From assembly GCA_964016885.1 (NCBI GenBank), contig OZ024750.1, positions 44,392,001 through 44,456,000 of the forward strand: a DNA stretch of 64,000 nucleotides, given 5' to 3'. Origin of the DNA: Eledone cirrhosa. Lineage: Eukaryota. The position numbers and the translations under genes are program-made. The notes beneath the pieces were generated by a model. That model saw only the letters and a program-made list of their open reading frames with translations. It did no database searches and had not been told where the DNA came from. The first letter of the stretch is position 1. Each line of letters starts with the position of its first letter. Positions 30,105 through 44,391 of the stretch are shown here, one piece after another.

Positions 30105-33100
30105 TTCTTCTGGTTTTATAATTTCACAAAGTTTTACCAATAGAGAGAGAGTCAGTTTCTAACATAGACACAAGACTCTCTCATTGGAATTTACACATCA
30201 ACTAGGTAGATATGTATGTATGTATGCATGTGTACATATGGATGTTATTGTATGTGTGGGTGTGGATGTTTTGAGTTGTATGTGTGCATGTGTATATGCT
30301 TTGTATCTGTACATGTGTATATGCAGTTATTAGATGCAACATCTTTGGAATGTTTTACATATTTTTAGTGTTCCATTAATGGATTGTACTTGTAGTTTCC
30401 TAACTAGTTGTGTTCTTTCTGTTCCTGTGAAGCCTAGCTTCTCAAGATTTGTATTGAGGCAGTTACTAACATACCCCAGTTCCCCAATAATCACAGGCAT
30501 AAATCTGAAGGTGTAATCAGGGTGGAGTATCTTCAGATTTCTCATCAGTTCTGCATAAATATTCTCCTTTTCACTAATCTTTGATATTATATTGGCATCT
30601 GCTGGGCTGCTAATTTCCACTACTGTGCATGTTTTCTTCTCCCTGTCCCATATCATACTATCTGGTCTGTTATGCCTGCATTTTATTGGGATTTTTACTG
30701 GAACATTCCACCAGTACTCTTTCATATTATGTACATGGATGTCTTCCACATTGTTGTAGCTTTTAATGTGTTTATTATCGGGGCTATCTTTTTACGAACT
30801 GCATTGTACAGTGTTTTGGCCACTACATCATGCCTCATAGGTAGATAGTACCGCGATGACATCTTTGGACAGCTGCTGATGACATGGGTGATATTCTCGA
30901 TGTTAGTTCTGCAGAGTCTGCACTTGTTATCACATGTAGGTGTTTTTGCCTGCGTCCCTATCTCTTTTGTGAATCAGGTATTTCGTGCTAATCTCCTGTT
31001 CTTGGATTGCAAAAGCGTATCCTTCAAAGTGGGAGCCAATATAGCGGTTCTTGGTCCAAGATAGACTACTTTCCTTATCTATATTACTCTCACTCTGGAG
31101 CTTCCTGGCAACATATCCATGCATGATTTTTTGCTGATAGGCATGCAGTTTTTCATCCATGGATTCACTGCGATACTGCTGAGCGACATCCCTGGGTATG
31201 AGATTTTGATTATCCCACAGGGAATATCTCTCAAGGAGTTTCTTCCCAACTCTCATGATCTTATCTGTTTCATGCAGACAGACTTGCTCGAGAAGCGGGC
31301 TCCTACGCTTCGAGGTTCGTAGATGTTGTCGGAGAGATATGATGCGACATTCAAATGTTGTCTGGACTGATGTTAGGCCTCTGCCTCCCTGCTTACGTTT
31401 CAAGTAATGGCGGTCTATGTCACTGTTGATGTGGAAGTTTCCGGTGTTGTTCAGTATTTTTCGAGTTCCAACATCAACTGCTCGGATTTCATCTATCGTC
31501 CAATTGAGTATTCGAAACGTTGGTGTTAGGACAAGCACAGCAAACACATTGTGAGCCACTGTTTTGTTTTGCGCAGAGAGTTCCGATGACCAGATCTTTC
31601 TTAATCGGGTGTAGTATTCTCTGGTTACGCGTTCTTTATTACAGATACCATTATAGGATATGTTCTCATCTATCCCCAGGTATCTGTAGCAGTCCTCATC
31701 AGATATCGGTGAAACAGTTAGACCATTGATGACAACGTTGATAGATTGGGTTGTTGTTTTTCCCCGCTTTACATCATGTATGAGCATTTATCTTAGCCAA
31801 ACTCCATTCCTATATCCTTTGAGAACGTTGTAACCAGGTCAAGATTTTTCTTCATCCCATCCATGTTCTTGGCATAGAGTTTCAGATCGTCCACAAAGAA
31901 GTTATGGGTTAGGTTCGTATTTCTGTCCTCCTGTGAGCCAATGATGTATCCCTCGCATTTCTTGAGCAGTAAAGACAAGGGGTTTAATGACAAGATGAAC
32001 AATATCACAGAGAGACTGTCCCCTTGAAATATACCCCTGCAATATTTTATTTTATCAGTGAAAATGGAGTCCTCCCTCTGTCTTTAACCTTAGGATAGTA
32101 GCCCAAGAAGGAGAGAGCTTCTCTATAGCTCTGACAATAATATCTGGGACTTTAGCATGTTGGAGGGCCTCTATCATCCAAGAGTGGGGAACAGAATCTG
32201 CTATCACCAAGATAATGCTTCACTGTCATTGCTAAGGCATATAAACAGGCGTTGATTTGCCAAAATGTTGGGGTTTTTATCCGTCGTAAATATTCATCCC
32301 CTATTTCGTCAATAACACGTAGTATTTCATTATATGGTTTTTTATTCACCATTGTCATTTTAACACGTTCAGCCAGAGAGATATTTATACATGAGTTAAT
32401 TTCTCTCTGGAAGATTTCGTTGAGGGAAATTTTCAATTGTTTATACTTTTGATTATAATTATCGATAGTCGAGGTAGACTCGGATGGTATACGTGGTGTC
32501 ACAGTTATTCGATTATTATTAATATTTCTTCGATTATTATTATTATCGATAGTGTTTTCCCCAGCATTCGAGGTAGACTTAGATGGTACAGGTGGTGTCA
32601 AATTTCTTACAGGCATAGTTGTTTCAAGACGCTGTTCGACCTGGCTGCTAGGAAGTCTAGTAGCAGCATTGCGATCTGTAGCACGTGTTGTTGATTCCAT
32701 GTTTGTTGTGGGGGACTTCCAATTAATAATATTATCTTATTTTTACGTTCAAAACGTCGCTTGTTGGCGTAATTGTTTCGCTGTGAAATAATTTAGCTCT
32801 GGGTGTATTTCGTCTCAGTGTAGCTTCATTCTATTCATATAGCCAATGGAGGGATTGTTTTTTGCCATTTTATAACAATTAAATAAATCATCATTAAGTT
32901 CGCAACTCCAAGAGAAATGCGATTTATAATTTCGGTTTCTTCTGTAGCTACAACTGAATAAAGTTTGATTACCTTCTTTGTTATTTGTCTTCGATACTTC
33001 CTTAATTTTCTTGTTGATGTTGTGTTCAGCCATGCTGTTTTAGCAAATCCTTGTAAAATGAATTATGTATTTAGTCGGATATCTCTACGAATTCTAATAA

Positions 33101-33249
33101 AAGGTGTCTTCAGAAGGGATAGTTAGAAGAATAACCAGTTATTCAACCTGGCTCTAGTTGTGGCATTACTGTCGGAGATAGTATTCATCTTAAATTTAAT
33201 AAATAGTCTCCCACGCCAAAATATGCGACTGATCGCGTTGACTGCCTTT
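30105..33249 (-). mobile_element. Decayed R4/Dong-type non-LTR retrotransposon (RT plus CCHC knuckle plus restriction-like endonuclease), internally deleted and frameshifted
   Basis: RT motifs DSVPHSW (~32195), GIFQGDSLS (~32010-32037), FFVDDLKLY (~31890) and YRYLGI. CRLC...H...C knuckle and RHD at ~30830-30925. RPD...VVEIS...KENIYAEL endonuclease in ORF 30330-30749. Split over several ORFs. The 3' end position is approximate. Confidence 0.88.
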
Positions 33250-33601
33250 GTATGTATGTATGTATGTATGTAAGTATGTATGTATGTAAGCATGTATGTA
33301 TGAATGTATGTATATATGCTTGAATGTATGTATGTTTTCATATATGTATGTATGCAGATTATCTACTGTATATATATCTGTTTCCATATATTTTACGCAA
33401 TATATATATGTTTGTGTGTATATGTATATATGTGTATATGTGTATTTGTGTGTGTGAGTTTCTATGCGTGTCTGTGTTATGTATGTGTGTATGTATGTGT
33501 GTACGGGTGTATGAACGTATGTAAGTATGTGCGTTTTTATGTGTGTGTGTATGTGTGTATGAATCTGTGTTAGAATTCGCATTACTACATTCTTTCTCAC
33601 T

Positions 33602-33655
<54 letters not shown>

Positions 33656-33727
33656 ATCTCTCTCTCCCTCTTTATATCTTTCTCTCTCTCTTTATGTAGA
33701 GAGAGATAGAGAGAGAATTAGAAAGAC

Positions 33728-33762
<35 letters not shown>

Positions 33763-33790
33763 TAGAGAGAATTAGAGAGAATAAGAGAGC
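33250..33790. repeat. (TATG)n/(TG)n/(CT)n/(GA)n microsatellite block at the 5' flank of the LINE
   Basis: Direct inspection. Confidence 0.9.
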
Positions 33791-33822
33791 GTGTTTAGTG
33801 AGTTGGTCCGAGGGTTACTTAC

Positions 33823-33850
33823 TCCAGTAATCACCACAGGATCCCAACCA
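33823..33850 (-). CDS. Predicted microexon: WLGSCGDYW(K), 28 nt
   Basis: ctcctatctcttatttctattaaatatAG|TGGTTGGGATCCTGTGGTGATTACTGGA|GTAAGT. Polypyrimidine tract and consensus donor; phase 0 to phase 1. Confidence 0.7.
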
Positions 33851-34140
33851 CTATATTTAATAGAAATAAGAGATAGGAGAATTTTCATACAATTTCATTT
33901 CGTGTGAGAATTATCTCTCACTACATTTGAAGTAATAACTGATGCAGATAAGTTTCTCAAAACGAGTATCAAAATAACTTGCGTTTATTGTAGTCCGTGT
34001 ATTACAAATGTGGTAATCAAATGTACCTCGTGGCATGACAAGGTGTAATCCTGAACCATAAGATGTGGTTGGAAAAGGTTAGCATGCTTGCGCTCGATGT
34101 GACCAGTTTGAGAGGTGCCGCTAAAAGAGTAAGTGAGCAA

Positions 34141-37100
34141 GACCCAGTAATAACCACACAGTTCTCACATAGTGATCAGTGACCCAAGTTAACCCTCAGT
34201 GTCCCACGAGACCCAGTAATAACCACACAGTTCTCATATATTGATCAGTGACCCAAGTTGACACTCAGTGTGCTACGAGACCCAGTAATAACCACACAGT
34301 TCTCATATATTGATCAGTGACCCAAGTTGACCCTCAGTGTGCTACGAGACCCAGTAATAACCACACAGTTCTCATATATTGATCAGTGACCCAAGTTAAC
34401 CCTCAGTGTGCCACGAGACTCAGTAATAACCACACAGTTCTCATATATTGATCAGTGACCCAAGTTGACCCTCAGTGTGCTACGAGACCCAGTAATAACC
34501 ACACAGTTCTCATATATTGATCAGTGACCCCAATTAACCCTCAGTGTGCCACAAGACCCAGTAATAATAACACAGTTCTCATATATTGATCAGTGACCCA
34601 AGTTAACCCTCAGTGTGCCACGAGACCCAGTAATAACCACACAGTTCTCATATATTGATCAGTGACCCAAGTTAACCCTCAGTGTGCCACGAGACTCAGT
34701 AATAACCACACAGTTCTCATATATTGATCAGTGACCCCAATTAACCCTCAGTGTGCCACAAGACCCAGTAATAATCACACAGTTCTCATATATTGATCAG
34801 TGACCCAAGTTGACCCTCAGTGTGCTACGAGACCCAGTAATAACCACACAGTTCTCATATATTGATCAGTGACACAAGTTAACCCTCAGTGTGCCACGAG
34901 ACTCAGTAATAACCACACAGTTCTCATATATTGATCAGTGACCCCAATTAACCCTCAGTGTGCCACAAGACCCAGTAATAATAACACAGTTCTCATATAT
35001 TGATCAGTGACCCAAGTTAACCCTCAGTGTGCCACGAGACCCAGTAATAACCACACAGTTCTCATATATTGATCAGTGACCCAAGTTAACCCTCAGTGTG
35101 CCACGAGACTCAGTAATAACCACACAGTTCTCATATATTGATCAGTGACCCCAATTAACCCTCAGTGTGCCACAAGACCCAGTAATAATCACACAGTTCT
35201 CATATATTGATCAGTGACCCAAGTTAACCCTCAGTGTGCCACGAGACCCAGTAATAACCACACAGTTCTCATATATTGATCAGTGACCCAAGTTAACCCT
35301 CAGTGTGCCACGAGACTCAGTAATAACCACACAGTTCTCATATATTGATCAGTGACCCCAATTAACCCTCAGTGTACCACAAAACCCAGTAATAATCACA
35401 CAGTTCTCATATATTGATCAGTGACCAAAGTTAACCCTCAGTGTGCCACGAGACCCAGTAATAACCACACAGTTCTCATATATTGATCAGTGACCCAAGT
35501 TAACCCTCAGTGTGCTATGAGTCCCAGTAATAATCACACAGTTCTCATATATTGATCAGTGACCCAAATTAACCCTTAGTGTGCTACGAGACCCAGTAAT
35601 AATCACACAGATCTCATATATTGATCAGTGACCCAAGCTAACCCTCAGCGTGCTACGAGACCCAGTAATAACCACACAGTTCTCATATATTGATCAGTGA
35701 CCCAAGTTAACCCTCAGTGTGCACGAGACCCAGTAATAACCACACAGTTCTCATATATTGATCAGTGACCCAAGTTAACCCTCAGTGTGCTACGAGACCC
35801 AGTAATAACCACACAGTTCTCATATATTGATCAGTGACCCAAGTTGACCCTCAGCGTTCCACGAGACCCAGTAATAACCACACAGATCTCATATAATGAT
35901 CAGTGACCCAAGTTAACCCTCAGTGTGCCACAAGACCCAGTAATAATCACACAGTTCTCATATATTGATCAGTGACCCAAGTTGACCCTCAGTGTGCTAC
36001 GAGACCCAGTAATAACCACACAGTTCTCATATATTGATCAGTGACCCAAGTTGACCCTCAGTGTGCTACGAGACCCAGTAATAACCACACAGTTCTCATA
36101 TATTGATCAGTGACCCAAGTTGACCCTCAGTGTGCTACGAGACCCAGTAATAACCACACAGTTCTCATATATTGATCAGTGACCCAAGTTAACCCTCAGT
36201 ATGCCACGAGACCCAGTAATAACCACACAGTTCTCATATATTGATCAGTGACCCAAGTTAACCCTCAGTGTGCACGAGACCCAGTAATAACCACACAGTT
36301 CTCATATATTGATCAGTGACCCAAGTTAACCCTTAGTGTGCTACGAGACCCAGTAATAACCACACAGTTCTCATATATTGATCAGTGACCCAAGTTGACC
36401 CTCAGCGTGCCACGAGACCCAGTAATAACCACACAGATCTCATATATTGATCAGTGACCCAAGTTGACCCTCAGTGTGCTACGAGACCCAGTAATAACCA
36501 CACAGTTCTCATATATTGATCAGTGACCCAAGTTGACCCTCAGTGTGCTACGAGACCCAGTAATAACCACACAGTTCTCATATATTGATCAGTGACCCAA
36601 GTTAACCCTCAGTGTGCCACGAGACTCAGTAATAACCACACAGTTCTCATATATTGATCAGTGACCCCAATTAACCCTCAGTGTGCCACTAGACCCAGTA
36701 ATAATAACACAGTCCTCATATATTGATCAGTGACCCAAGTTAACCCTCAGTGTGCCACGAGACCCAGTAATAACCACACAGTTCTCATATATTGATCAGT
36801 GACCCAAGTTAACCCTCAGTGTGCCACGAGACTCAGTAATAACCACACAGTTCTCATATATTGATCAGTGACCCCAATTAACCCTCAGTGTGCCACAAAA
36901 CCCAGTAATAATCACACAGTTCTCATATATTGATCAGTGACCAAAGTTAACCCTCAGTGTGCCACGAGACACAGTAATAACCACACAGTTCTCATATATT
37001 GATCAGTGACCCAAGTTAACCCTCAGTGTGCTACGAGACCCAGTAATAACCACACAGTTCTCATATATTGATCAGTGACCAAAGTTAACCCTCAGTGTGC

Positions 37101-40100
37101 CACGAGACCCAGTAATAACCACACAGTTCTCATATATTGATCAGTGACCCAAGTTAACCCTCAGTGTGCTATGAGTCCCAGTAATAATCACACAGTTCTC
37201 ATATATTGATCAGTGACCCAAATTAACCCTTAGTGTGCTACGAGACCCAGTAATAATCACACAGATCTCATATATTGATCAGTGACCCAAGCTAACCCTC
37301 ATCGTGCTACGAGACCCAGTAATAACCACACAGTTCTCATATATTGATCAGTGACCCAAGTTAACCCTCAGTGTGCACGAGACCCAGTAATAACCACACA
37401 GTTCTCATATATTGATCAGTGACCCAAGTTAACCCTCAGTGTGCTACGAGACCCAGTAATAACCACACAGTTCTCATATATTGATCAGTGACCCAAGTTG
37501 ACCCTCAGCGTTCCACGAGACCCAGTAATAACCACACAGATCTCATATAATGATCAGTGACCCAAGTTAACCCTCAGTGTGCCACAAGACCCAGTAATAA
37601 TCACACAGTTCTCATATATTGATCAGTGACCCAAGTTGACCCTCAGTGTGCTACGAGACCCAGTAATAACCACACAGTTCTCATATATTGATCAGTGACC
37701 CAAGTTGACCCTCAGTGTGCTACGAGACCCAGTAATAACCACACAGTTCTCATATATTGATCAGTGACCCAAGTTGACCCTCAGTGTGCTACGAGACCCA
37801 GTAATAACCACACAGTTCTCATATATTGATCAGTGACCCAAGTTAACCCTCAGTATGCCACGAGACCCAGTAATAACCACACAGTTCTCATATATTGATC
37901 AGTGACCCAAGTTAACCCTCAGTGTGCACGAGACCCAGTAATAACCACACAGTTCTCATATATTGATCAGTGACCCAAGTTAACCCTTAGTGTGCTACGA
38001 GACCCAGTAATAACCACACAGTTCTCATATATTGATCAGTGACCCAAGTTGACCCTCAGCGTGCCACGAGACCCAGTAATAACCACACAGATCTCATATA
38101 TTGATCAGTGACCCAAGTTGACCCTCAGTGTGCTACGAGACCCAGTAATAACCACACAGTTCTCATATATTGATCAGTGACCCAAGTTGACCCTCAGTGT
38201 GCTACGAGACCCAGTAATAACCACACAGTTCTCATATATTGATCAGTGACCCAAGTTAACCCTCAGTGTGCCACGAGACTCAGTAATAACCACACAGTTC
38301 TCATATATTGATCAGTGACCCCAATTAACCCTCAGTGTGCCACTAGACCCAGTAATAATAACACAGTCCTCATATATTGATCAGTGACCCAAGTTAACCC
38401 TCAGTGTGCCACGAGACCCAGTAATAACCACACAGTTCTCATATATTGATCAGTGACCCAAGTTAACCCTCAGTGTGCCACGAGACTCAGTAATAACCAC
38501 ACAGTTCTCATATATTGATCAGTGACCCCAATTAACCCTCAGTGTGCCACAAAACCCAGTAATAATCACACAGTTCTCATATATTGATCAGTGACCAAAG
38601 TTAACCCTCAGTGTGCCACGAGACACAGTAATAACCACACAGTTCTCATATATTGATCAGTGACCCAAGTTAACCCTCAGTGTGCTACGAGACCCAGTAA
38701 TAACCACACAGTTCTCATATATTGATCAGTGACCCAAGTTGACCCTCAGCGTGCCACGAGACCCAGTAATAACCACACAGATCTCATATAATGATCAGTG
38801 ACCCAAGTTAACCCTCAGTGTGCCACAAGACCCAGTAATAATCACACAGTTCTCATATATTGATCAGTGACCCAAGTTGACCCTCAGTGTGCTACGAGAC
38901 CCAGTAATAACCACACAGTTCTCATATATTGATCAGTGACCCAAGTTGACCCTCAGTGTGCTACGAGACCCAGTAATAACCACACAGTTCTCATATATTG
39001 ATCAGTGACCCAAGTTGACCCTCAGTGTGCTACGAGACCCAGTAATAACCACACAGTTCTCATATATTGATCAGTGACCCAAGTTAACCCTCAGTGTGCC
39101 ACGAGACTCAGTAATAACCACACAGTTCTCATATATTGATCAGTGACCCCAATTAACCCTCAGTGTGCCACAAGACCCAGTAATAATAACACAGTCCTCA
39201 TATATTGATCAGTGACCCAAGTTAACCCTCAGTGTGCCACGAGACCCAGTAATAACCACACAGTTCTCATATATTGTTCAGTGACCCAAGTTAACCCTCA
39301 GTGTGTCACGAGACTCAGTAATAACCACACAGTTCTCATATATTGATCAGTGACCCCAATTAACCCTCAGTGTGCCAGAAGACCCAGTAATAATCACACA
39401 GTTCTCATATATTGATCAGTGACCCAAGTTAACCCTCAGTGTGCCACGAGACCCAGTAATAACCACACAGTTCTCATATATTGATCAGTGACCCAAGTTA
39501 ACCCTCAGTGTGCCACGAGACTCAGTAATAACCACGCAGTTCTCATATATTGATCAGTGACCCCAATTAACCCTCAGTGTGCCACAAAACCCAGTAATAA
39601 TCACACAGTTCTCATATATTGATCAGTGACCAAAGTTAACCCTCAGTGTGCCACGAGACCCAGTAATAACCACACAGTTCTCATATATTGATCAGTGACC
39701 CAAGTTAACCCTCAGTGTGCTACGAGTCCCAGTAATAACCACACAGTTCTCATATATTGATCAGTGACCCAAGTTAACCCTCAGTGTGCTACGAGTCCCA
39801 GTAATAATCACACAGTTCTCATATATTGATCAGTGACCAAAATTAACCCTTAGTGTGCTACGAGACCCAGTAATAATCACACAGATCTCATATATTGATC
39901 AGTGACCCAAGCTAACCCTCAGCGTGCTACGAGACCCAGTAAAAACCACACAGTTCTCACATATTGATCAGTGACCCAAGCTAACCCTCAGTGTGCCACG
40001 AGACCCAGTAATAATCACACAGTTCTCATATATTAATCAGTGACACAAGTTAACCCTCAGTGTGCCACGAGACCCAGTAATAACCACACAGTTCTCATAT

Positions 40101-40797
40101 ATTGATCAGTGAACCAAATTAACCCTATGTGTGCCACGAGACCCAGTAATAACCACACAATCTCATATATTGATGAGTGACCAATTTAACCCTCAGTGTG
40201 CCACGAGACCCAGTAATAACCACACAGATCTCATATATTGATCAGTGACCAAAGTTAACCCTCAGTGTGCCACGAGACCCAGTAATAACCACACAGTTCT
40301 CATATATTGATCAGTGACCCAAGTTAACCCTCAGTGTGCCACGAGACCCAGTAATAACCACACAGTTCTCATATATTGATCAGTGACCCAATTTAACCCT
40401 CAGTGTGCCACGAGACCCAGTAATAACCACACAGATCTCATATATTGATCAGTGACCCAAGTTAACCCTCAGTGTGCCACGAGACCCAGTAATAACCACA
40501 CAGTTCTCATATATTGATCAGTGACCCAAGTTAACCCTCAGTGTGCCACGAGACCCAGTAATAACTACACAGTTCTCATATATTGATCAGTGACCCAATT
40601 TAACCCTCAGTGTGCCACGAGACCCAGTAATAACCACACAGATCTCATATATTGATCAGTGACCCAAGTTAACCCTCAGTGTACCACGAGACCCAGTAAT
40701 AACCACACAGTTCTCATATATTGATCATTGACCCATGTTAACTCTCAGTGTCCCACGAGGCCCAGTAATAACCACACAGTTCTCATATATTGATCAG
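34141..40797. repeat. 69-bp tandem satellite (about 96 monomers) with 3-mer and 24-mer higher-order structure
   Basis: GACCCAGTAATAACCACACAGTTCTCATATATTGATCAGTGACCCAAGTTAACCCTCAGTGTGCCACGA at 34141, 34210, 34279 and onward. Stops in all six frames. Confidence 0.98.
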
Positions 40798-40821
40798 AGT
40801 AACCTACATTATCATTAGATG

Positions 40822-42065
40822 TCATCCTTACGGGGTCGATAAAATAAAGTACCAGTAATACACTGGGGTAATAGTTGGCATTGTGCTAAAAGTAGAAACA
40901 ATTAACATTAGACGTCATTCACACAGTTCTACGTCATTTGTCTTAGTTTTACTGAAGCTACTCTGCAAAGTTGTTCTTTTAATGAGTCTTATTTTGGATT
41001 GGCAGTATCGGTACAGCATCAGACGACATGCTTCAAGGTATAGTGTTACGGCCCTTTACGTTCTGGGGTCAAATCCCGCCGAGGTTAGCTTTGCCTTTCA
41101 TCCTTACGGGGTCGACAAAATAAAGTACCAATAACGAACTTGGGTCGATTTTAATGGACTTTCCACTCTCCCCAAATTGCTGGTCTTGTACTTCAAGTAG
41201 AAATCATTATTTTATAGGGCGGTGGATTGGCAGTATCGGTAGAGAGTCGGACACCATGCTTTGAAGCATAGAGTTACGTCCCTTTATGATCTGAGTTCAA
41301 ATCCCGCCGAGGTTAACTTTGCCTTTCATCCTTACGGGGTCGATTAAATAAAGTACCAGTAATGTACTGGATAATTGCTGGCCTTGTGCCTAAAGTAGAA
41401 ACAATTATTTTATGTGGCATTTTGTGAACAATAGCGTCGTTGGTTATAACGACCCAGTCACTGGTTCACTAAATGTACTTTAAAAGGGACAAGTGAGTAT
41501 TTGTATAAATCACAGATTACAAGAAACTATATACACAACCCACCGGATGTCCTTTGGAGTAAGCACTGGTTTATTTATTTTCTCCGCGAAGGTTGCTAGC
41601 TCGAAAATAACATTATAAAAATAGACTTTTATTTCTTTTTGCAAAGACATGGAATTAAAATATCACAGAAGATGTATTTCCAAGGATCATTTAAAGATAT
41701 TATTATTTGAACATAGACGGTGGATTGGCAGTATCGGTAAAGGGTCGGACGCCATGCTTTCCAGCATAGTTACGTCCCTTTACGATCTGAGTTCAAATCC
41801 CGCCGAGGTTGACTTTGCCTTTCATCCTTACGGGGTCGATAAAATAAAGTACCAGTAATGCACTGGGTATTTTCTGGCCTTGTGCCTAAAGTAGAAACAA
41901 TTATTATTTGAACATAGAGTTACGGCTCTGTACGTACTGAGTTGAAATTCCGTCAAGGTTATTTCTGCCTTTCATCCAAAGGGGTCGATGAAATAAAGTA
42001 GCAGTAATGCACTGGTGTCTATTTAATCGACTTGCTAGCCGTGTGGCTGAAGTAGAAACAATTAT
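40822..42065 (+). mobile_element. Cluster of five family-1 SINE copies or fragments (~40822-40900, 40996-41210, 41217-41408, 41716-41905, 41915-42065)
   Basis: Each carries the TCATCCTTACGGGGTCGA core and AGTAGAAACAATT tail, all in the same orientation. Confidence 0.88.
41544..41565 (-). CDS. Predicted microexon: (L)AYSKGHP, 22 nt
   Basis: aaaccAG|TGCTTACTCCAAAGGACATCCG|GTgggt. Poor polypyrimidine tract, but it supplies exactly the phase 2 to phase 0 link needed and sits in a unique island between SINEs. Confidence 0.55.
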
Positions 42066-42500
42066 TATTTGATTTCTGCAGGAAACCTAAGATCAAAGGA
42101 ATTCAACTGTGACTCTTCTATTCTTTTAGATATCAGAGACTACACTGTTCCAAATATATTTATTTAAGAGCATATATTCTAATTTGAGGATGATTTATCT
42201 CCTATGTCTAGTAGGTCCTATGTCTATGGAACCGCGTATTGTCCTCTTAATTATTTAAAAGGTGACTAAAAAGGAAATAAGCACAATATTTAGTTTTGTC
42301 TACATGAGTGATTTTTTTAACGAAAACTGAAGAAACTCCGGGACCTGTTTTTATATATGTCCTCCTCTACTATTGTTGAATCTCAGACTAGTCCTAAATT
42401 TGCATACATACGATTAAAGACATTCCAAGCGCGGACATCACGTCATTTAAACGAGATATTAGATTTCTGCTTGTGGCTTAATAAACATATATATATTATA

Positions 42501-42616
<116 letters not shown>

Positions 42617-42935
42617 AGATTCAGGACCAAACGGCTGAGCTCCGGCCGTTTTGACAGCTAGCTCGGAACGGTGTCGAAACGGCCGGTGCTCAGCCGTCGG
42701 GGTCACGAATCCTTCATATTACCGCGCTCTACTTCACAAGTATTGAGTACTCAGGTGAGTAACAGTCTAACATCAATTCTGCTTATATATATAAGTATAT
42801 ATATATATTATATATATATATATAAATATATATATACACAGGCATATATCTATAAATACATGCACACACGAAAATGCACACACATAAATAAAACTCCATC
42901 TTTCTCTCTCACATAGATACGCACACATACACACA

Positions 42936-43004
<69 letters not shown>

Positions 43005-43060
43005 AGATGATGCTCTCCATTACGACAATACGTAGATACGATCTCAAGTAATATCCTTAC

Positions 43061-43085
43061 AGATCAATGAAGGCCTCAATAACAT
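43061..43085 (-). CDS. Predicted microexon: (D)VIEAFID(L), 25 nt
   Basis: ctaaatttaagtcacAG|ATGTTATTGAGGCCTTCATTGATCT|GTaagg in a ~120-bp unique island between (TA)n tracts; phase 1 to phase 2. Confidence 0.7.
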
Positions 43086-43124
43086 CTGTGACTTAAATTT
43101 AGATTACAACATGTATATTTGAAA

Positions 43125-43735
<611 letters not shown>

Positions 43736-44160
43736 AATGATGCTGATTTCCTGACAGTTAATCTGATTATGTGCAAATATATAGATTATCGTACATTTCG
43801 TCACTATCTCCAAGTGTGGAATTATTCCTATTTTCATTATCGATTTTAATATTTAAGTAAGAATAAAAATCAAACAATTCCTGAGAAATTTCAACAATAC
43901 TTTTTTCTTTTATACAATAAAGCTACTGATTTTCTTCTTATGTGTGTGTGTATATATATATATATATATAAAGAATATATATATATATACATGCGTGCAT
44001 AGGATTGTGTCTTACGTGATTGTTGTTAATTTCAGAGTATGGACAAATTGTTTTTCAACAACGTTGAATCGAATTTCACATACGTAAGATGTTTTTCAAA
44101 TAAATTTGTGTTTATATTTATGTTTTATCTCTTTCTCTTAAATTTCAGTTTATATTTCAC

Positions 44161-44201
44161 CGGCCATCTTCCTGGCAGCAGAGAAATCTTCTTCGACAAT
44201 T
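44161..44201 (-). CDS. Predicted microexon: (I)IVEEDFSAARKMA(D), 41 nt
   Basis: ctaaattattccAG|AATTGTCGAAGAAG...ATGGCCG|GTgaaa. GC-richer than its flanks; phase 2 to phase 1. Confidence 0.7.
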
Positions 44202-44391
44202 CTGGAATAATTTAGCTTATGAATCGTATAATTGTTTTACAGATTTTGAAAGTTCCAGATATCGCGGCCATTTGCAGCTTATGGATTAAGGAGCTGCTTT
44301 CTTTTTGCACGAATGCATGCATTACTTGTATATATCCTGTAGCATTAATTCAAGTTCGATTGGTATATATATATCCTCTCAGTAGAAACTA

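Noticed and set aside
1-40797. CRISPR-like interpretation of the two arrays
   Set aside because: No unique spacers, whole monomers repeat, no cas genes, and the context is eukaryotic.
34141-40797. 69-bp unit as a 23-aa coding repeat or a telomeric repeat
   Set aside because: Stops in all six frames of the monomer; only one TAACCCT per unit.
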